DNA from: Eledone cirrhosa
Lineage: Eukaryota
Assembly: GCA_964016885.1 (NCBI GenBank)
Contig: OZ024742.1
Span: 110,112,001-110,176,000, forward strand
Direction of reading: 5' to 3'
DNA length: 64,000 nt
The notes below the pieces were generated by a model that saw nothing but the letters and a program-made list of their open reading frames with translations, was not told the origin of the DNA and searched no databases. Within the stretch, counting starts at the first letter, position 1, and each line of letters begins with the position of its first letter. Below are positions 49,996 to 64,000 of the stretch, one piece after another. The position numbers and the translations under genes were made by a program.

Positions 49996-51960
49996 AGGGA
50001 TTATACCTGTAGTTCAAAGGTCCATATTGTGTCACGCTGGTTCAGCTACTTTATATGTACACGAGTCTGTGGAATATTCGGCCAATTACACGTTAATCCA
50101 CGAGATGAACGTTTAGTTCATCGAGCAACTGAATGATCCCCGTCGAAACTCGTGGAGGGTCCATCACGTCAGATTATATAATATAATGTATCTTTTCAAT
50201 GGTGTGTGATTTGGTGGTGATTTGGCTGCAGCTTCTAGCATGTTAAGTGATTGAGCAAAAGCTCTCGCGTTAGTCACGCGTCGGCCTTGATCGAGCCGAA
50301 TTATGGCAAAGGCATTCTAGTCATCACCATGCCGTCTTTATTCAGACAGTACATCTAAGACACTACTATTCATTGTTTACCTCTTTTAAAACAGTAGAAT
50401 GTGAATTGCAGGCGATTTGTATGATATTTCTAGCAGGTTAAACAACTGCCTAGAGGTTCATTAGCTGGCTGCCGATAACACCTAGGTCGTCTACAATAGG
50501 ATGGACTATACTAAAGGCACCCAAGAATCAGTTGATGGCATTAAAGTGGTATGTGATTGACTGGCAGCTTCTTGTTATCTTAGTCGCTTACTGTTACATG
50601 AAACCGGGATAAGATTCTATTTGATGAGCCTCTAAACTCGAGAAAGACTTTAATTTAACCCAGATGTACAAAGAAACGCCTGTAGCGTCATTGAATCCAA
50701 TATGTATGAGCTACTAGTCAATTTAATACACACATACATACACACTTATATATATATTTACTACCTCAACTTCATTTCTACATAAACAAACACCATATGT
50801 CGTATAATATTTTCCTAATCTATTAGGTTTCTTCAGAGAAATTCATTCAATCATCTTAATTGGTTCACAAAACGCAACCAGTCATAAGTACATTACAATA
50901 ACCCCACCGCCTTCAACAACAACAACAAATCACCGCTATTATCATCATCATCAGCAATGTTTACAATTACTTCAGTCTCGTTTTATTGTATATCTTATTT
51001 GCATTTCTTCGTGTTCTTGTTGACAGCTTGTTTCTTCTTTTTCACCACGATCATAAACCCTTCTCCCCCCGCCTCATCTCATTCTACCTCTTTAACATAT
51101 GAACCGGATTCTGATTTTTCTTATTCATCATCACTATCATCGTCACCTTTGTTGTTGTTATTATTATTATTATCATTATTATTATTATTATTATTATTAT
51201 TAGTCATTTTGTGGTCCAAATACTTTACCATTAATTTGAGAGAGAACAGCTTTTTGGTTGTGTTTGAAATTAAATGGTGCAAAAAAAAAAAAAAAAAAAT
51301 AAAAGATGTCAAATATTTAAGAAGGTGATTCAAATTCAGTTGTGACCACCCACTCTCTCCTACTTCATCACAAAAAATAAATATTAAGAAAAGGAATAAG
51401 AAAATAAACAAATTCCGGCATCCAACATATTACCATTCTCTCAGAAATTTTTTGGCACTAATTCTCATCATCAATGAGAGAAATTTTTCTTTTGTTTTAT
51501 CAGTGGAAGAATTTTTGGTAAATTCTTGTTTGAAGTATAAATTTGCAATTCTGCAAGCTTGGCTGTAAATGTTTTATGTCGAGAAAATTGATCGGAACTT
51601 TAAATTTATTCTTCAAACAACAATTTAACAACTAATTCTTATTCCTGAATTCCACCGAAATTTGCAAAACAGGCGCCATCAATGTTTGTCTCTCGCTGTA
51701 TGTTTGTGTAGGTGTTAAGGTAAAGTGAAGCAAAGGAATTATGGCTGGTGTCAGTGACGGAAATAGAGATGTTGTTGTTGTTGTTATTGTTATTGTTATT
51801 GCTGTTACTGCTGATGGTGCTGGTGGTGGTGATTTTGGTGTTTTGTTGTTGCTCTTCTGATGCTGTTGCTCATGCTCATTCTTTTGCTGCTGCTGCTGCT
51901 GCTGTGAATAAATTACACTGATCATGCATCTCGCCAACAGGCATTGCCTATATTATGCTA

Positions 51961-52054
<94 letters not shown>

Positions 52055-52110
52055 TTATATATATACTTATATATATTTATATATATTTACATACACATAC
52101 ACACACACAT

Positions 52111-52150
<40 letters not shown>

Positions 52151-52234
52151 GTGAGTGTGCGTAATTTAATATAATCTCTCACATTCTCTCTCTCTCTCGC
52201 TCTCTCACTCTATACACACACACACGCACGTACT

Positions 52235-52265
<31 letters not shown>

Positions 52266-52477
52266 GAACTTAAGAAAGTGTGACACCAAGAAAAGCGACA
52301 AAATGCATACGACCATAAGTTGCGGTATAAGTATAGCCATATACATCTGGTCGCTTTTCTTGCTGTCACACTTTCTTAACTCTGGACGAAAATGTATTAA
52401 ATTTTCGTATCATCGTGTGCATTGTTACTTCATCAAACAATTCGATTAGTCAGTGTTATATTGCGGTTACAACTTCG

Positions 52478-52590
<113 letters not shown>

Positions 52591-52908
52591 AGTGTGTATA
52601 TACAAATATAAATTACCGAGAATCGTATGTCGGCTATTGGAAATTAGCGAAAAACAACTTCCGAGATGTGAGGCAAGCGCTCCATAGAAGCTAGTGAACT
52701 AGAGCAACAACGTAAGTTAAAAGACCAAACACACTGAGACGATGGTTAAACCATTATCCGCACAGCCATAGAAACGACCAAGTAATTCTAGTCAAACAAA
52801 TAATAAAATATGATTGAAATTATACCCGGACCCCCGGGCAAGTTGGTAAGATCCAGTATGGGGTTTCTGCAACTTCTAAATCAAGTACTGTCTGCTTAAA
52901 CAAATAAT

Positions 52909-52975
52909 TGTTTCTACTTTAGGCACAAGGCCAGCAATTACCCAGTGCATTACTGGTACTTTATTTTATCGACCC
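52909..52975 (-). mobile_element. 5'-truncated SINE (28801 family) with 17-bp TSD
   Basis: ctgcttaaacaaataat at 52892-52908 and 52976-52992. Confidence 0.9.
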
Positions 52976-53188
52976 CTGCTTAAACAAATAATGTTAAGCT
53001 TTTGGTATGATGATCAAACAAGGAAGTCACTTTTTCAACAGGCATTTAGTTCTGTGCAAAGCCAAGGACTGACCGTTATCAAACCCCACGTGGGGTGTGA
53101 TAAGGGGGACAACCCCTAGTTTTGGCGGATGAATTCAGTATGTGTGTTATTGCAAAATTGCAATATATATACATATATACATAAATAA

Positions 53189-53780
<592 letters not shown>

Positions 53781-53788
53781 ATATATAT

Positions 53789-53879
<91 letters not shown>

Positions 53880-54129
53880 AAAATGTTTAACCCCGACGGC
53901 AGAGCTCATATATATATATTGAATATATACAATATATACAAAGGAGATTAATCGTTATTGCAAGGTATCTTTATTTAAGGTTCTTGTTAATTTTTAATGT
54001 TACCTCCGTAACTATGTATGTTTTACACTCATTACAAATTTTCCCCTGTAATTGTTTGATGTGTTTATTCCATATATATATATATGTATGTATATATATA
54101 TTAGTATGGATATATATATATGATTATAA

Positions 54130-54282
<153 letters not shown>

Positions 54283-54720
54283 TAATAAAGTAATGAATAA
54301 ACAAAGAAACAGTTCCTTATATTAACAAATTCATCATTTTACGATCGTTTCTAGGATATATATATGTGTTAGTGTTGGTATGCATATTCTATAGATCTAT
54401 GTAAAATATTTATACAAACTATCAGAGGGAATATACATACCTACACATATATATGCTGTCTTCAGAAATAATGATATTTGTTTATTGAAAAAAACAAAGA
54501 TTTAATACAATAGGTCTGTTTGGGAACAGGTTTTGAATTGACCAATAGAAAGATAGTGAAGGTCAAGATAGTAATATAGTAGTAAAAGAACCTTAATTTA
54601 TGGGTAGAGGAAGGTAGATTTCAGTTTTGGATGGAAAAGAATATTATGAATGAAAGATTATATATATATATCAAGTAAGTATGTTTTGAAACAGTGAGCA
54701 GGTTTGAAATTAGAAAATAG

Positions 54721-54908
54721 AATAGCTTTCACCGTAATTTTGACTAAAGGAATTTTAGCTTGATAATGGGGTTTAGAACCTTCAGATAAATGGAAAAAGA
54801 TGAGTATTGACGTACATGTACGTCGATACTTATCTTTTTCCATTTATCTGAGGGGTCTAAACCCCATTATCAGGCTAAAATTTCTTTAGTCAAAATTACG
54901 GTGAACGC

Positions 54909-54912
<4 letters not shown>
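54721..54912. repeat. ~190-bp near-perfect palindrome ending at (TA)n
   Basis: Centre gacgtacatgtacgtc; arms aatagc..caccgtaattttgactaaag.. / ..ctttagtcaaaattacggtg..gctatt. Confidence 0.92.
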
Positions 54913-54969
<57 letters not shown>

Positions 54970-55004
54970 AGATGTGAGAAAAACCACAGACCCTCCATCT
55001 CAAC

Positions 55005-55046
55005 TCTACTTTTGAAAAGCAGAAGAACTGCGAAACCGGTAAAGGA
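55005..55046 (+). ncRNA. Minimal hammerhead, U3-A8 variant
   Basis: uc ua cuu UUGAAAA GCAG aagaa CUGC GAAA CCGG UA aag ga. Palindromic stem III ACCGGU, GUA triplet. Confidence 0.62.
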
Positions 55047-55380
55047 ACCAAATAAATATATATATTTAAAAAAAAATAAGACTCCAGTTGCATTTTCGAT
55101 TTCATCTTTTTTTCTTTATATATATATATATATATATATGTATATTTATATTAATAAAAGATCGGAGGCCATATTCAGTTGATTCAGGCTTATTTAAAAC
55201 TCCGTTATACATATTTCACTGAGGACTATCGTTTATGATAGTCTGACCTCTTCAAACGGCGAAACCTAAAATAAACATTAAAAGTTCCCAAGAAACTTTA
55301 AATTTGGGAGAATCCAATAATTTCCTCGAAAAAATTTTCTTTTCATGATACAGGAGGCCGTTTCGATTTCATCTTCTTTT

Positions 55381-55496
<116 letters not shown>

Positions 55497-55519
55497 ATCT
55501 ATATATGTGTGTGTGTGTC

Positions 55520-55735
55520 ACCTCAATTCACCTCAATTGGTCCCGTTATCTTTAATATTACACCAAAACACATTAAAACAGAAACAGATCCCATAAAATT
55601 CAAAAAGTCTTTGGACAAATTCCTCCAACAAATCTCGGATAAACCTCCTGTAACAGGATATGTCTCTGTAAACAATAACTTTCTACATGAGTTGGCCCTG
55701 GTGTCCAAATCCTTATATGAAAGACTTCACTAGAT
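55520..55735 (+). mobile_element. CR1-like LINE 3' fragment
   Basis: [27 protein letters not shown]....NN resembles the CR1-group ORF2 C-terminus. Confidence 0.6.
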
Positions 55736-56023
55736 GAATACTGGTGAAACCTATAAATGTATATATAGGCGAATTGGAAGTCATTAGAACATAGGATAGA
55801 ATACTTTGCGGCATTCGTTCCGGCTCCTTGGACTCGGAATTTAAACACCATTGAGGTCAACTTTGCTTTTCATCGTCAAATACTAGGTTCGTTTCTTCCC
55901 CAACATCTCTTTCAACTTTTTTCACTCTGTCACTCTCATTTTCTTGAGGAAATAGGCTGGGTTCAGACCTGAAGAGAGGATAGGCTCTCTCAGGTTTTAA
56001 AAATACCCAAGAAACGGTGAGAA

Positions 56024-56064
<41 letters not shown>

Positions 56065-56155
56065 CCATACCATACTTTCTTTACCGACCTAGAGAGGATG
56101 AAAGGCAAATTTGACCTCTGTAGAATTTGAACAGAGAGCTTATACATCCGAACAT

Positions 56156-56239
<84 letters not shown>

Positions 56240-56258
56240 CTATACATATATATATATG

Positions 56259-56351
<93 letters not shown>

Positions 56352-56368
56352 TATATATATAATATATA

Positions 56369-56423
<55 letters not shown>

Positions 56424-56454
56424 CATACATATACACACACCACACACATGTATA

Positions 56455-56533
<79 letters not shown>

Positions 56534-57005
56534 CACATTACATGTTAGTTGATTAAGTGTCCACATTGATCTTTTTCTCAAAGTAAAACAAAAACACACC
56601 GACTGAAACACAACAATAATTTAACAAATGCACACTAAAAACAACAAAACATATTACACAGACAAACGTTAGTTAAACTAAGAAAATAATGCGTTTTAAA
56701 AAAAAAAAAAAGTAATATACACATCGAAATTGGCGGGAAACCAATCTGAAAGCAAACCTGTCAAAATAACGATGTGTCATGGAAGACAACTATTTGAGAT
56801 TCACAGACGCCATTTTCCAATTACTATTACCAATACTAAAAGTATGGTAGAGGAAGTTGGTTGTTTTGAATTTATATCATCTCTTACTAAACATCACTCT
56901 GTACTTTTCAGAATAATAAATTATCTGAAAAAAAAAAACGCCTAAAAATAATAATAATAATAATAATGATGATGATACTGGTGATACTCCACCACCTACC
57001 ACCAC

Positions 57006-57088
<83 letters not shown>

Positions 57089-57218
57089 GCTGCTGCTGTT
57101 AATGATAATAATGACAAAGATAACGATAATAATGATAATATTAATGACGATGAAGATAAAGATGAAGAAGATGATGATGATGATGATATTAATAATAATA
57201 ATAAAGATAATGATGATG

Positions 57219-57267
<49 letters not shown>

Positions 57268-57269
<2 letters not shown>

Positions 57270-57395
57270 TTTTCTTTATTAACCACAAGGGTTCACATAA
57301 AGTAGACATTAAGGACAGTACAGGACAATACAGGACGGTACAAATGGGCATTTCTGCGTGTAAAAAAACAGAGGTTGAAATAAAATAACAAAGAA
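57268..57395 (-). mobile_element. Tx1 3' UTR fragment (ATT subfamily) inside (AAT)n
   Basis: Near-identical reverse complement of 46050-46149; AAT repeats on both flanks. Confidence 0.9.
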
Positions 57396-57841
57396 AAATA
57401 ATAATAATAATAATAACAATAATAATAATAATAATGATGATGATGAAGATGACGATGAAGATGATGATGATGATGATAACAATAGTTATAATAACAATAA
57501 TAATAACAACATAAATAATAACAACATAAATAATAACAATAATAATAACAAAAGACATAATAATAATAATAACAAGACTCTGAGAAGCAGACACTTAACA
57601 ACGTTCATTTTAGTTGGAATAGAATAATGAAAATAAATTGAGGAAAGTCTGTAGTGCATACAAAATATATTCAACAAGACGAGATGTATACATAAAAACC
57701 GTATTGGCTGGCAATTAAAACAGTGCAATTGAATATATGCTGATGTGAGACGTGTATGTATTATGTATGTATGTATGTATGTATGTATGTATGTATGTAT
57801 GTATGTATGTATGTATGTATGTATGTATGTATGTATGTATC

Positions 57842-58020
57842 TTGGTGCTCCTGGAGATGAGGGTTGTACATTTTTTCGGGGTGTGTCCCCTATTGGGGAT
57901 TTCAATTGTTATTTGTTATTTTATTAATAGTTTTATTTTCATATACCTGTATGTAAACTCCCCATTTGTATTTGTCCTCTTCTTTTGTGCCCTTGTGGGT
58001 AATAAAGAAATTTATCTATC
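57842..58020 (+). mobile_element. Tx1 3' UTR fragment (TATC subfamily)
   Basis: Matches 15685-15875; ends aataaagaaatttatctatc. Confidence 0.88.
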
Positions 58021-61000
58021 CTGATAGCTGGACGCACACAATTTTGCTGGTAAGTTTCTGTCAATTTATTTGCAAAAAACAGAAATTCTTGTTTTAAAAA
58101 ACACATTGTTTTGTAGATGAATTGTCAGCTGGGTGGCAATCCAATTTTTCGCCCTCACAGGGGCGAAAATTTAATTTGAAATTAATTTGAAAAACTGTTA
58201 AGAAAATTTGTAATATTTTGCTATCAGCAATGGCTAGCGTACAAGGAACGCTAGCGAACGTTAAGGAAGGAAAAAGAAAAGAAGAAATAGACTTTAACGT
58301 TGCTATGAGCTCTGCCTGTATCAATGGAGCTGAAAACAAAGTTTTGTTTCACGAAAGTGAAGTAGTCAACACAAACAAAATTGAACCACACATAACTTTT
58401 ACAGAAACAGTCACACATAATAATATGGATTTCAACGTTACCTCAGACTCCGCATGTATTGGCGTCACTATATAGAAGCCAATATGGACAACAATAATAA
58501 AAACAAGATTGAACCATACAGTGTACAAAAGACACCAAAAAAACAACAGAAAAAACAACAGAAAATAAAACGATTGACACAACTACAAACGGAAAAACCG
58601 ACAACCACAACAACAACAATAACAACAACACAAACAAATATCTTTTACGCAAACAGTCATCAACAAACAAGATTTCAAGGATCTCGATATCTCCAATGCG
58701 AGACAGATGCTCACTGAAGCAAAGGAGTTTATCATTTTCAGTGAAAACGGTGGGTTTAAAATAAACTCACCCCTAGAAATTCGTCTTGAAACACTTCGAA
58801 TGACAGTTACCTTCAGAACTGTTTCAAATGAAACAAAAAGACCAGCATTCCTCAGTCAAAGGGAAATTGGAGGACCTTGAAGGAGATATTGCCAAACATT
58901 GACTTTATGCAGAGGGCCAAACAGTATGGGAGTATTTCGGTGCTCCACAAAAGTGAGGGCCTCGCACAAAAATATTCAGTGACGCCAATACTGTCCAAAA
59001 ATACACCTTTTTCCCTACATACCTGGGAAAAAGGATTCAGAAAATCAGAATCGCAAACATACCACCAAATATTAATATTTGGTGGATATTGGCAGGTTTT
59101 TTAGAGGAGGGACAATACACTATTCTCTCCATCAAGAAGTCAACCAGCACACGTGGTCTGGTACAAATTTGGAGATTCTGGTGCAAATGAGGCCGGAGAG
59201 AATCCCCAAAATACCCGAAAAAGTGGTGGTGGACAACAACAGCCACATAAGCATTTCGGTTGAAGGAAGAAAACCACACTGCTTTCGATGTAACAGCACA
59301 GCACATCTAAAGGCCTCCTGCCCTTTACAGACAAATAAAAAAAAAACAGCCCCCCCCCCCCCCAAAAAAAATACTGTTACCAACACGAACACGAAATCAA
59401 CCACCACCACCACCACAACAACAACAACACACAACAAGCAAATGCACCAAAACAAACAGCCACTCAACCAACAACAGCAGGAAAAACACAAACAACTCCC
59501 CCGAAGAACACAGTCCTACCCCATCCCACTCCATCCAACACTGCCACAAACACACACACAAACACAACATACCCCTACCGCAAGCTCCTGATGACGAATC
59601 ATCGTTAGACGAGGATACTTCTTCATCACCAAGTGAAGATGAAGGAGAGCCTCAAAAAAAAAAAAAGGCACCACAAAGCCACAAAAACAACAATCACCAA
59701 CACCAACACACAACCACCGACACAAACAACAACACAAACAACACCACAATAACCCCCCCAGCAAAACAAACACCAACACCACACCAAACACAAGCACCCA
59801 CCATAAAAAGAAAACTCCCGGACGAACAACAAATTAAAGCAACACAACAAAAACACAAACAATACGCATACATCAACACAAACAGCAAGAGTTTGATGGA
59901 GGTCATCTCCTAAAACCCGAAGGTGGAGACGGAGGGCAAAACTTTCGTTAAAGCAGAATCGTCTCCACATCTCAAACTAATAAGGGTTTCTATGGAAACA
60001 TATAGCGAACTAAAAACAAAATGTTCGCAGGACGTCAAAACCCATAAACCCCGTCCTGTTAAAATGTTTCCCCACCCCACCCAACACTCCCACCAACACC
60101 CAAATGAAGATTGAACAACTCGATCTCCAGGAAACGAAAAGGTAAGCACCTTTTCGTCCCTTTTCGCCAACTCTTCTGCGCCAACATGGCTAATTTACGA
60201 GTTGAAAGCGTGGATGTGCGTAGCTTAGGGATGCCCAGGAAATAGGGCCAACTTCCAAACGACCTTAGGTCACACGGTATGGATATGATAGCTATCACCG
60301 AGTTCAGGATCCACAAGAGGCAGCAACTAACCCCCATCTTCAATGACTTTGAGATCTACGCATCTCTCTGTCAGCCAGGAGGTGGAGGGGGAGTGGCTGT
60401 TATGTTTCGGAAAAACCTGGACGTCGAAGTACAGCAAGTACACTTGGACCCGGAGGGTCGACTGGTAGTCCTAGACGTGAATAGTGTTGGAGGCGGAGCC
60501 TTCAGACTGGTGGCCGTTTATGCCCCAACTAGGCAATCGTGGCCAGACTTCTTTAAGCGTCTAGAGTCTTTTCTGGGAACATCTCGCTCCTTGCTTTTAG
60601 TGGGCGACTGGAATGGCATCCTAGACGCACGATGGGACTATGTAGGATCATGTCCCAGTAGAGGGGGGTGAAACAGCCTCAAAAATTAAATGGCCAATTC
60701 CAACTGGCCGATAGGTATCGACTAGATTTCCCGACTGCACCACAGTGGACGTGGACAAACCTCAGCGGGACATCTAGATCGTGTTTAGACAGGTTCTTTA
60801 TTAGAGAGAGAGACAAGATGTTAAGCTGTCCACAAATGCACATGGTTGCTTATTCAGACCACAAACTAGTCATCTGCATAGTCAACCGTGATAGAATACA
60901 TAGACAAGGACCCAGATACAGGAAGCTGAACATGTCGCTACTGACACGTAAAGCATACAGTGAACGGATAAGTAGATTAGTTAAGCAACAATTGACCAGA

Positions 61001-61517
61001 GCCATCGTCAACAACGGATGGTGGTACTCCCATTCTGCAGGCAGGGGCGTAGTAACGGTGATCAGGAAAGGCGAGAACAAAGGGGACGAACTAAGCAACT
61101 TTAGGCCCATAACTCTGCTCAACACAGAGTTAAAGATTTTGGCCAAGGTGTTGGCAACGAGGTTGGCGCTTGTCGTCGAGAACCTGGTGGGGTAAGCGCA
61201 AACGTGCACAATCCCGACCAGGTTCATACACTACAACCTCCACCTCATGCGATACATCATAGAGAGGGTGGGGGTGTAAACCCGGCTTTTGTGGGGCTCT
61301 GATCAATTTAGATCAGTCTAAGGCATTTGATAGGGTCGACCATCAATACTTGGAAGCGGTTCTCAAGGCGGCCGGCTTCGGTCCAGTCTTCAGAGGCTGG
61401 ATCGCTGCCATGCACACCACCATCTGCTCGGCAGTCAAGGTGAATGGCTACCTATCGGAGCCATTCCAAATCATGCGTTCCATCCGCCAGGGGTGCCCTC
61501 TCTCCTCCATTCTGTAT
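58021..61517 (+). mobile_element. Tx1 LINE (TATC subfamily): 5' UTR, disrupted ORF1, and ORF2 from APE to mid-RT with an internal deletion
   Basis: CCHC knuckle CFRCNSTAHLKASC; ORF2 ATG at 60186; deletion at ~61026; closely similar to the 18864-22549 copy. Confidence 0.9.
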
Positions 61518-64000
61518 GACCTGGCCGATAGATTTCGACTAGATTTTCCGACGGTGCCAACCTGGTCTTGGTCAAATCGCAGCGGATTATCTAGGTCGTA
61601 CCTAGATAGGTTTTTAGTTAGAAATAAGGACAGCGACTTTTTAAGTTGTCCAGAAATGCTCATGGTTGGCTATTCAGACCACAAGTTGGTGACCTGCATG
61701 GTCAACCTTGATAGAACGCATAGACAGGGCCCCGGTTACTGGAAGCTCAACTTGTCCTTGCCGGCAAGTAGAGCTTACAGGGATCGGATTAGTACGTTAG
61801 TTAAGGAACGGTTGACTGGAGCGATCGTCAACTGCAGGTGGTGGGTATCTCTAAAGAGAGAGATTAGAGTAGTCTCGATAGAATTTAGTAAGGTTCTAGC
61901 TGCGGATAGGAATAGGAAGGAAAGGGAGCTAATAGATAGAGTAGAAGAGGCAATTAGAAGCGGCGACGTGGCCAGAGTGCTAGCGTCGAGAACGGCTTTG
62001 AGCCAGTTTTTCGACGCGAAGCACGAAGGCTGCGTTGTCCGAAGTAAAATACGTGCTCTAGGGAACGAGGGGACCAAAGCTGTTAGCTGGGCCCGCGTGA
62101 CAGAGGCCAACAGTGGAACTAAATACACCATCCGGTCTTTGCGAGACCAGGATGGACGGGCGATTCTTGAGCCTAAGCAGATGTGTGAGGCCTTTCAAAG
62201 GCACTTTGCCCGACTGTTCGGAAGGGGCGGGGAGCCGGTTGGGGATGTGGACTTCGGTCCATACCTCGACGGCCTGCCGCGTCTCCCGGACAGGGAGGCG
62301 AAGTCCTGCGAGGAGCCGATTTCGGCCGCTGAGATAGAGGAAGTGCTGAGCCAATACGGCAAACGCAAATCCCCGGGTCTCGATGGTCTTCCATACGAAT
62401 TATATCTAGCTATGCCGGACTTGTTCCCCGATCTCCTCGAGGCGGTCTACTGCAACTGGCAACAGAACGGGAGAATTCCCTGTACTGTGACCAAGGGCGT
62501 AGTCACGCTAGTGAGGAAGGACGAGAACAAGGGAGACGAAATAAGTAACTTCAGGCCCATAACTCTGCTAAATACAGAGTTACAAATTTTGGCTAAGGTG
62601 CTAGCAAAGAGGTTGGCGCTTGTCGTGGGCAACCTGGTGGGAGGTGCGCAGACATGTGCTATCCCGTCCAGGTCCATCCATGACAACCTCCACCTCATGC
62701 GATACATCATAGAGAGGGTTGGGAAAGAACCCGGCTTTGGTGGGGCTCTGATCAACTTGGATCAATCTAAGGCGTTCGATAGGGTCGACCATGGTTACCT
62801 GGATGCGGTGCTAGCGGCGGCAGGCTTCGGACCCGTTTTCAGGGGCTGGATCACTGCTATGCACAGCAGCCGCATCTGCTCTAGGGTCAAGGTGAACGGC
62901 TACCTCTCGGAGCCGTTCAAAATCGCGCGGTCCATCCGACAAGGGTGCCCTCTCTCCTCCCTTCTGTATGTGTTGACTCTCGAGCCACTACTGCGGAAGT
63001 TGGAGTTGTTGCAGGGCATCCCTTTGGAACCGGGATTGCGGAAAGCGGAGTCGGCCTACGCCGATGACGTGACAGTAATGGTGTCGACGGCCTCCGAAAT
63101 CGGGGCGGTCGGCACCTTACTGGAGGAGTACGAAAGGTTCACAGGGGCTAAGCTGAACCGGGACAAGTCGATCGGTTTGCAACTCGGCACGTGGAGGGGC
63201 AGACCGATGCCCTCCGATGGCGTCGTCGGACGCTGGACGGAGGGCCCGGTGAAGTTGCTCGGGGTCTGATTCGGACCAGACCTCCAGGTGGAGAAGAACT
63301 GGGCGGAGGTTACGAACAGGATGTTTGCACTGACCCAGAAATGGGCCAGTTGCAAACTATCCCTGAAAGGTCGGGCGGAGGTGGCGAACACCTATATAGC
63401 GTCCGTCATCTACTACCGCCTGACCGTAGTGCCTTGCCCAAGGGAAACCCTCGCCAAGATGGAGCGCGCGCTCTTCCAATTCCTTTGGAAGAGGCGTGCT
63501 CCCTTGGTGAGGAGATCCATCTGCTGTCAACACCCTTCGAAAGGAGGGCTGGGGATGCCGTGGCTAATGATGCGTAAACACACACTAAGGCTACGGCACC
63601 TCCACGTATTCCTCACCGGTCAACCGGTGTGGGCCTCGTTTGCGAGACGAACCTTTCCCAGACTCGTCTCACTCACCGAGCTGCAATCCTGGGTCAAGCA
63701 AAGACCGAGAAAACTGGGCGCCTGGCACACTGAGTGTGCCCAGGCGCTCACCGCCCTCTGGCAGGCGGATCCGGTTATCAGTGGAGCCTCCACCGCAACA
63801 TTCTATAGAGGGCTGGTAAGCAGCAAGTGCGACGACGCCCTCGGAGAAGCCCTAGACATGGAGGTGGACGAACTGGCCAGCCTGTTCGGTAGGACATTCA
63901 GCCCGGGACCTATGGACAACTTCCAGAAGTCTCTGGCCTGGCAGTGCTACCGAGGGGCTCTACCCGTTCGAGAAAAGCACTACAGACACGGGCGCCCGGG
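61518..64000 (+). mobile_element. Second Tx1 ORF2 (late APE through RT and beyond), fused in frame to the preceding copy; runs off the window
   Basis: YSDH, GPGYWKLN, KSPGLDGLPYE, FRPITLLN, DQSKAFDRVDH, RQGCPLS, AYADDV; TGA at 63267 replaces the expected Trp. Confidence 0.93.

Noticed and set aside
51632-51937. Gln/Thr/Pro-rich 101-aa ORF as a host exon
   Set aside because: Openness is explained by triplet repeats; no recognisable domain or clear splice signals.
55202-55259. Hammerhead-like motif on - (ccgu UUGAAGA...GAAA uaugua UA acgg)
   Set aside because: U3 is opposite G8 and stem II does not close next to the core; at most a decayed relic.
61350-63269. 639-aa ORF as an intact or novel reverse transcriptase
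   Set aside because: In-frame fusion of two Tx1 copies; it lacks the APE N-terminus and ends at a premature TGA.

Overview
Repeat-saturated, AT-rich metazoan DNA with no host gene that I can support. The SINE families and microsatellite load resemble those I know from octopod cephalopods, but that is recognition, not a database result. Contents: (i) Tx1/L1-clade LINEs in two subfamilies, one sitting in (ATT)n and one in (TATC)n; (ii) RTE LINEs, including a short internally deleted derivative; (iii) three R4/Dong-like REL-endonuclease fragments; (iv) a Gypsy pol relic; (v) two Tc1/mariner elements; (vi) many tRNA-derived Nin-type SINEs whose 3' end resembles the Tx1 3' end; (vii) Penelope-like elements (PLEs). 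The main signal that the ORF track misses is RNA-level. At least five unrelated sequence contexts carry minimal type I hammerhead ribozyme motifs, including U3-A8 core variants, extra-nucleotide variants and palindromic stem III. Almost all lie in or beside fold-back inverted duplications that abut (TA)n microsatellites. A further 5-copy (TA)n-flanked palindromic element has arms that co-vary between copies and contain the 3' half of a hammerhead. A full-length PLE (37.9-47.5 kb) has been split by four nested insertions into its Asn-coding (AAT)n tract. Most short ORFs in the track are microsatellite translations or antisense shadows of TE ORFs.
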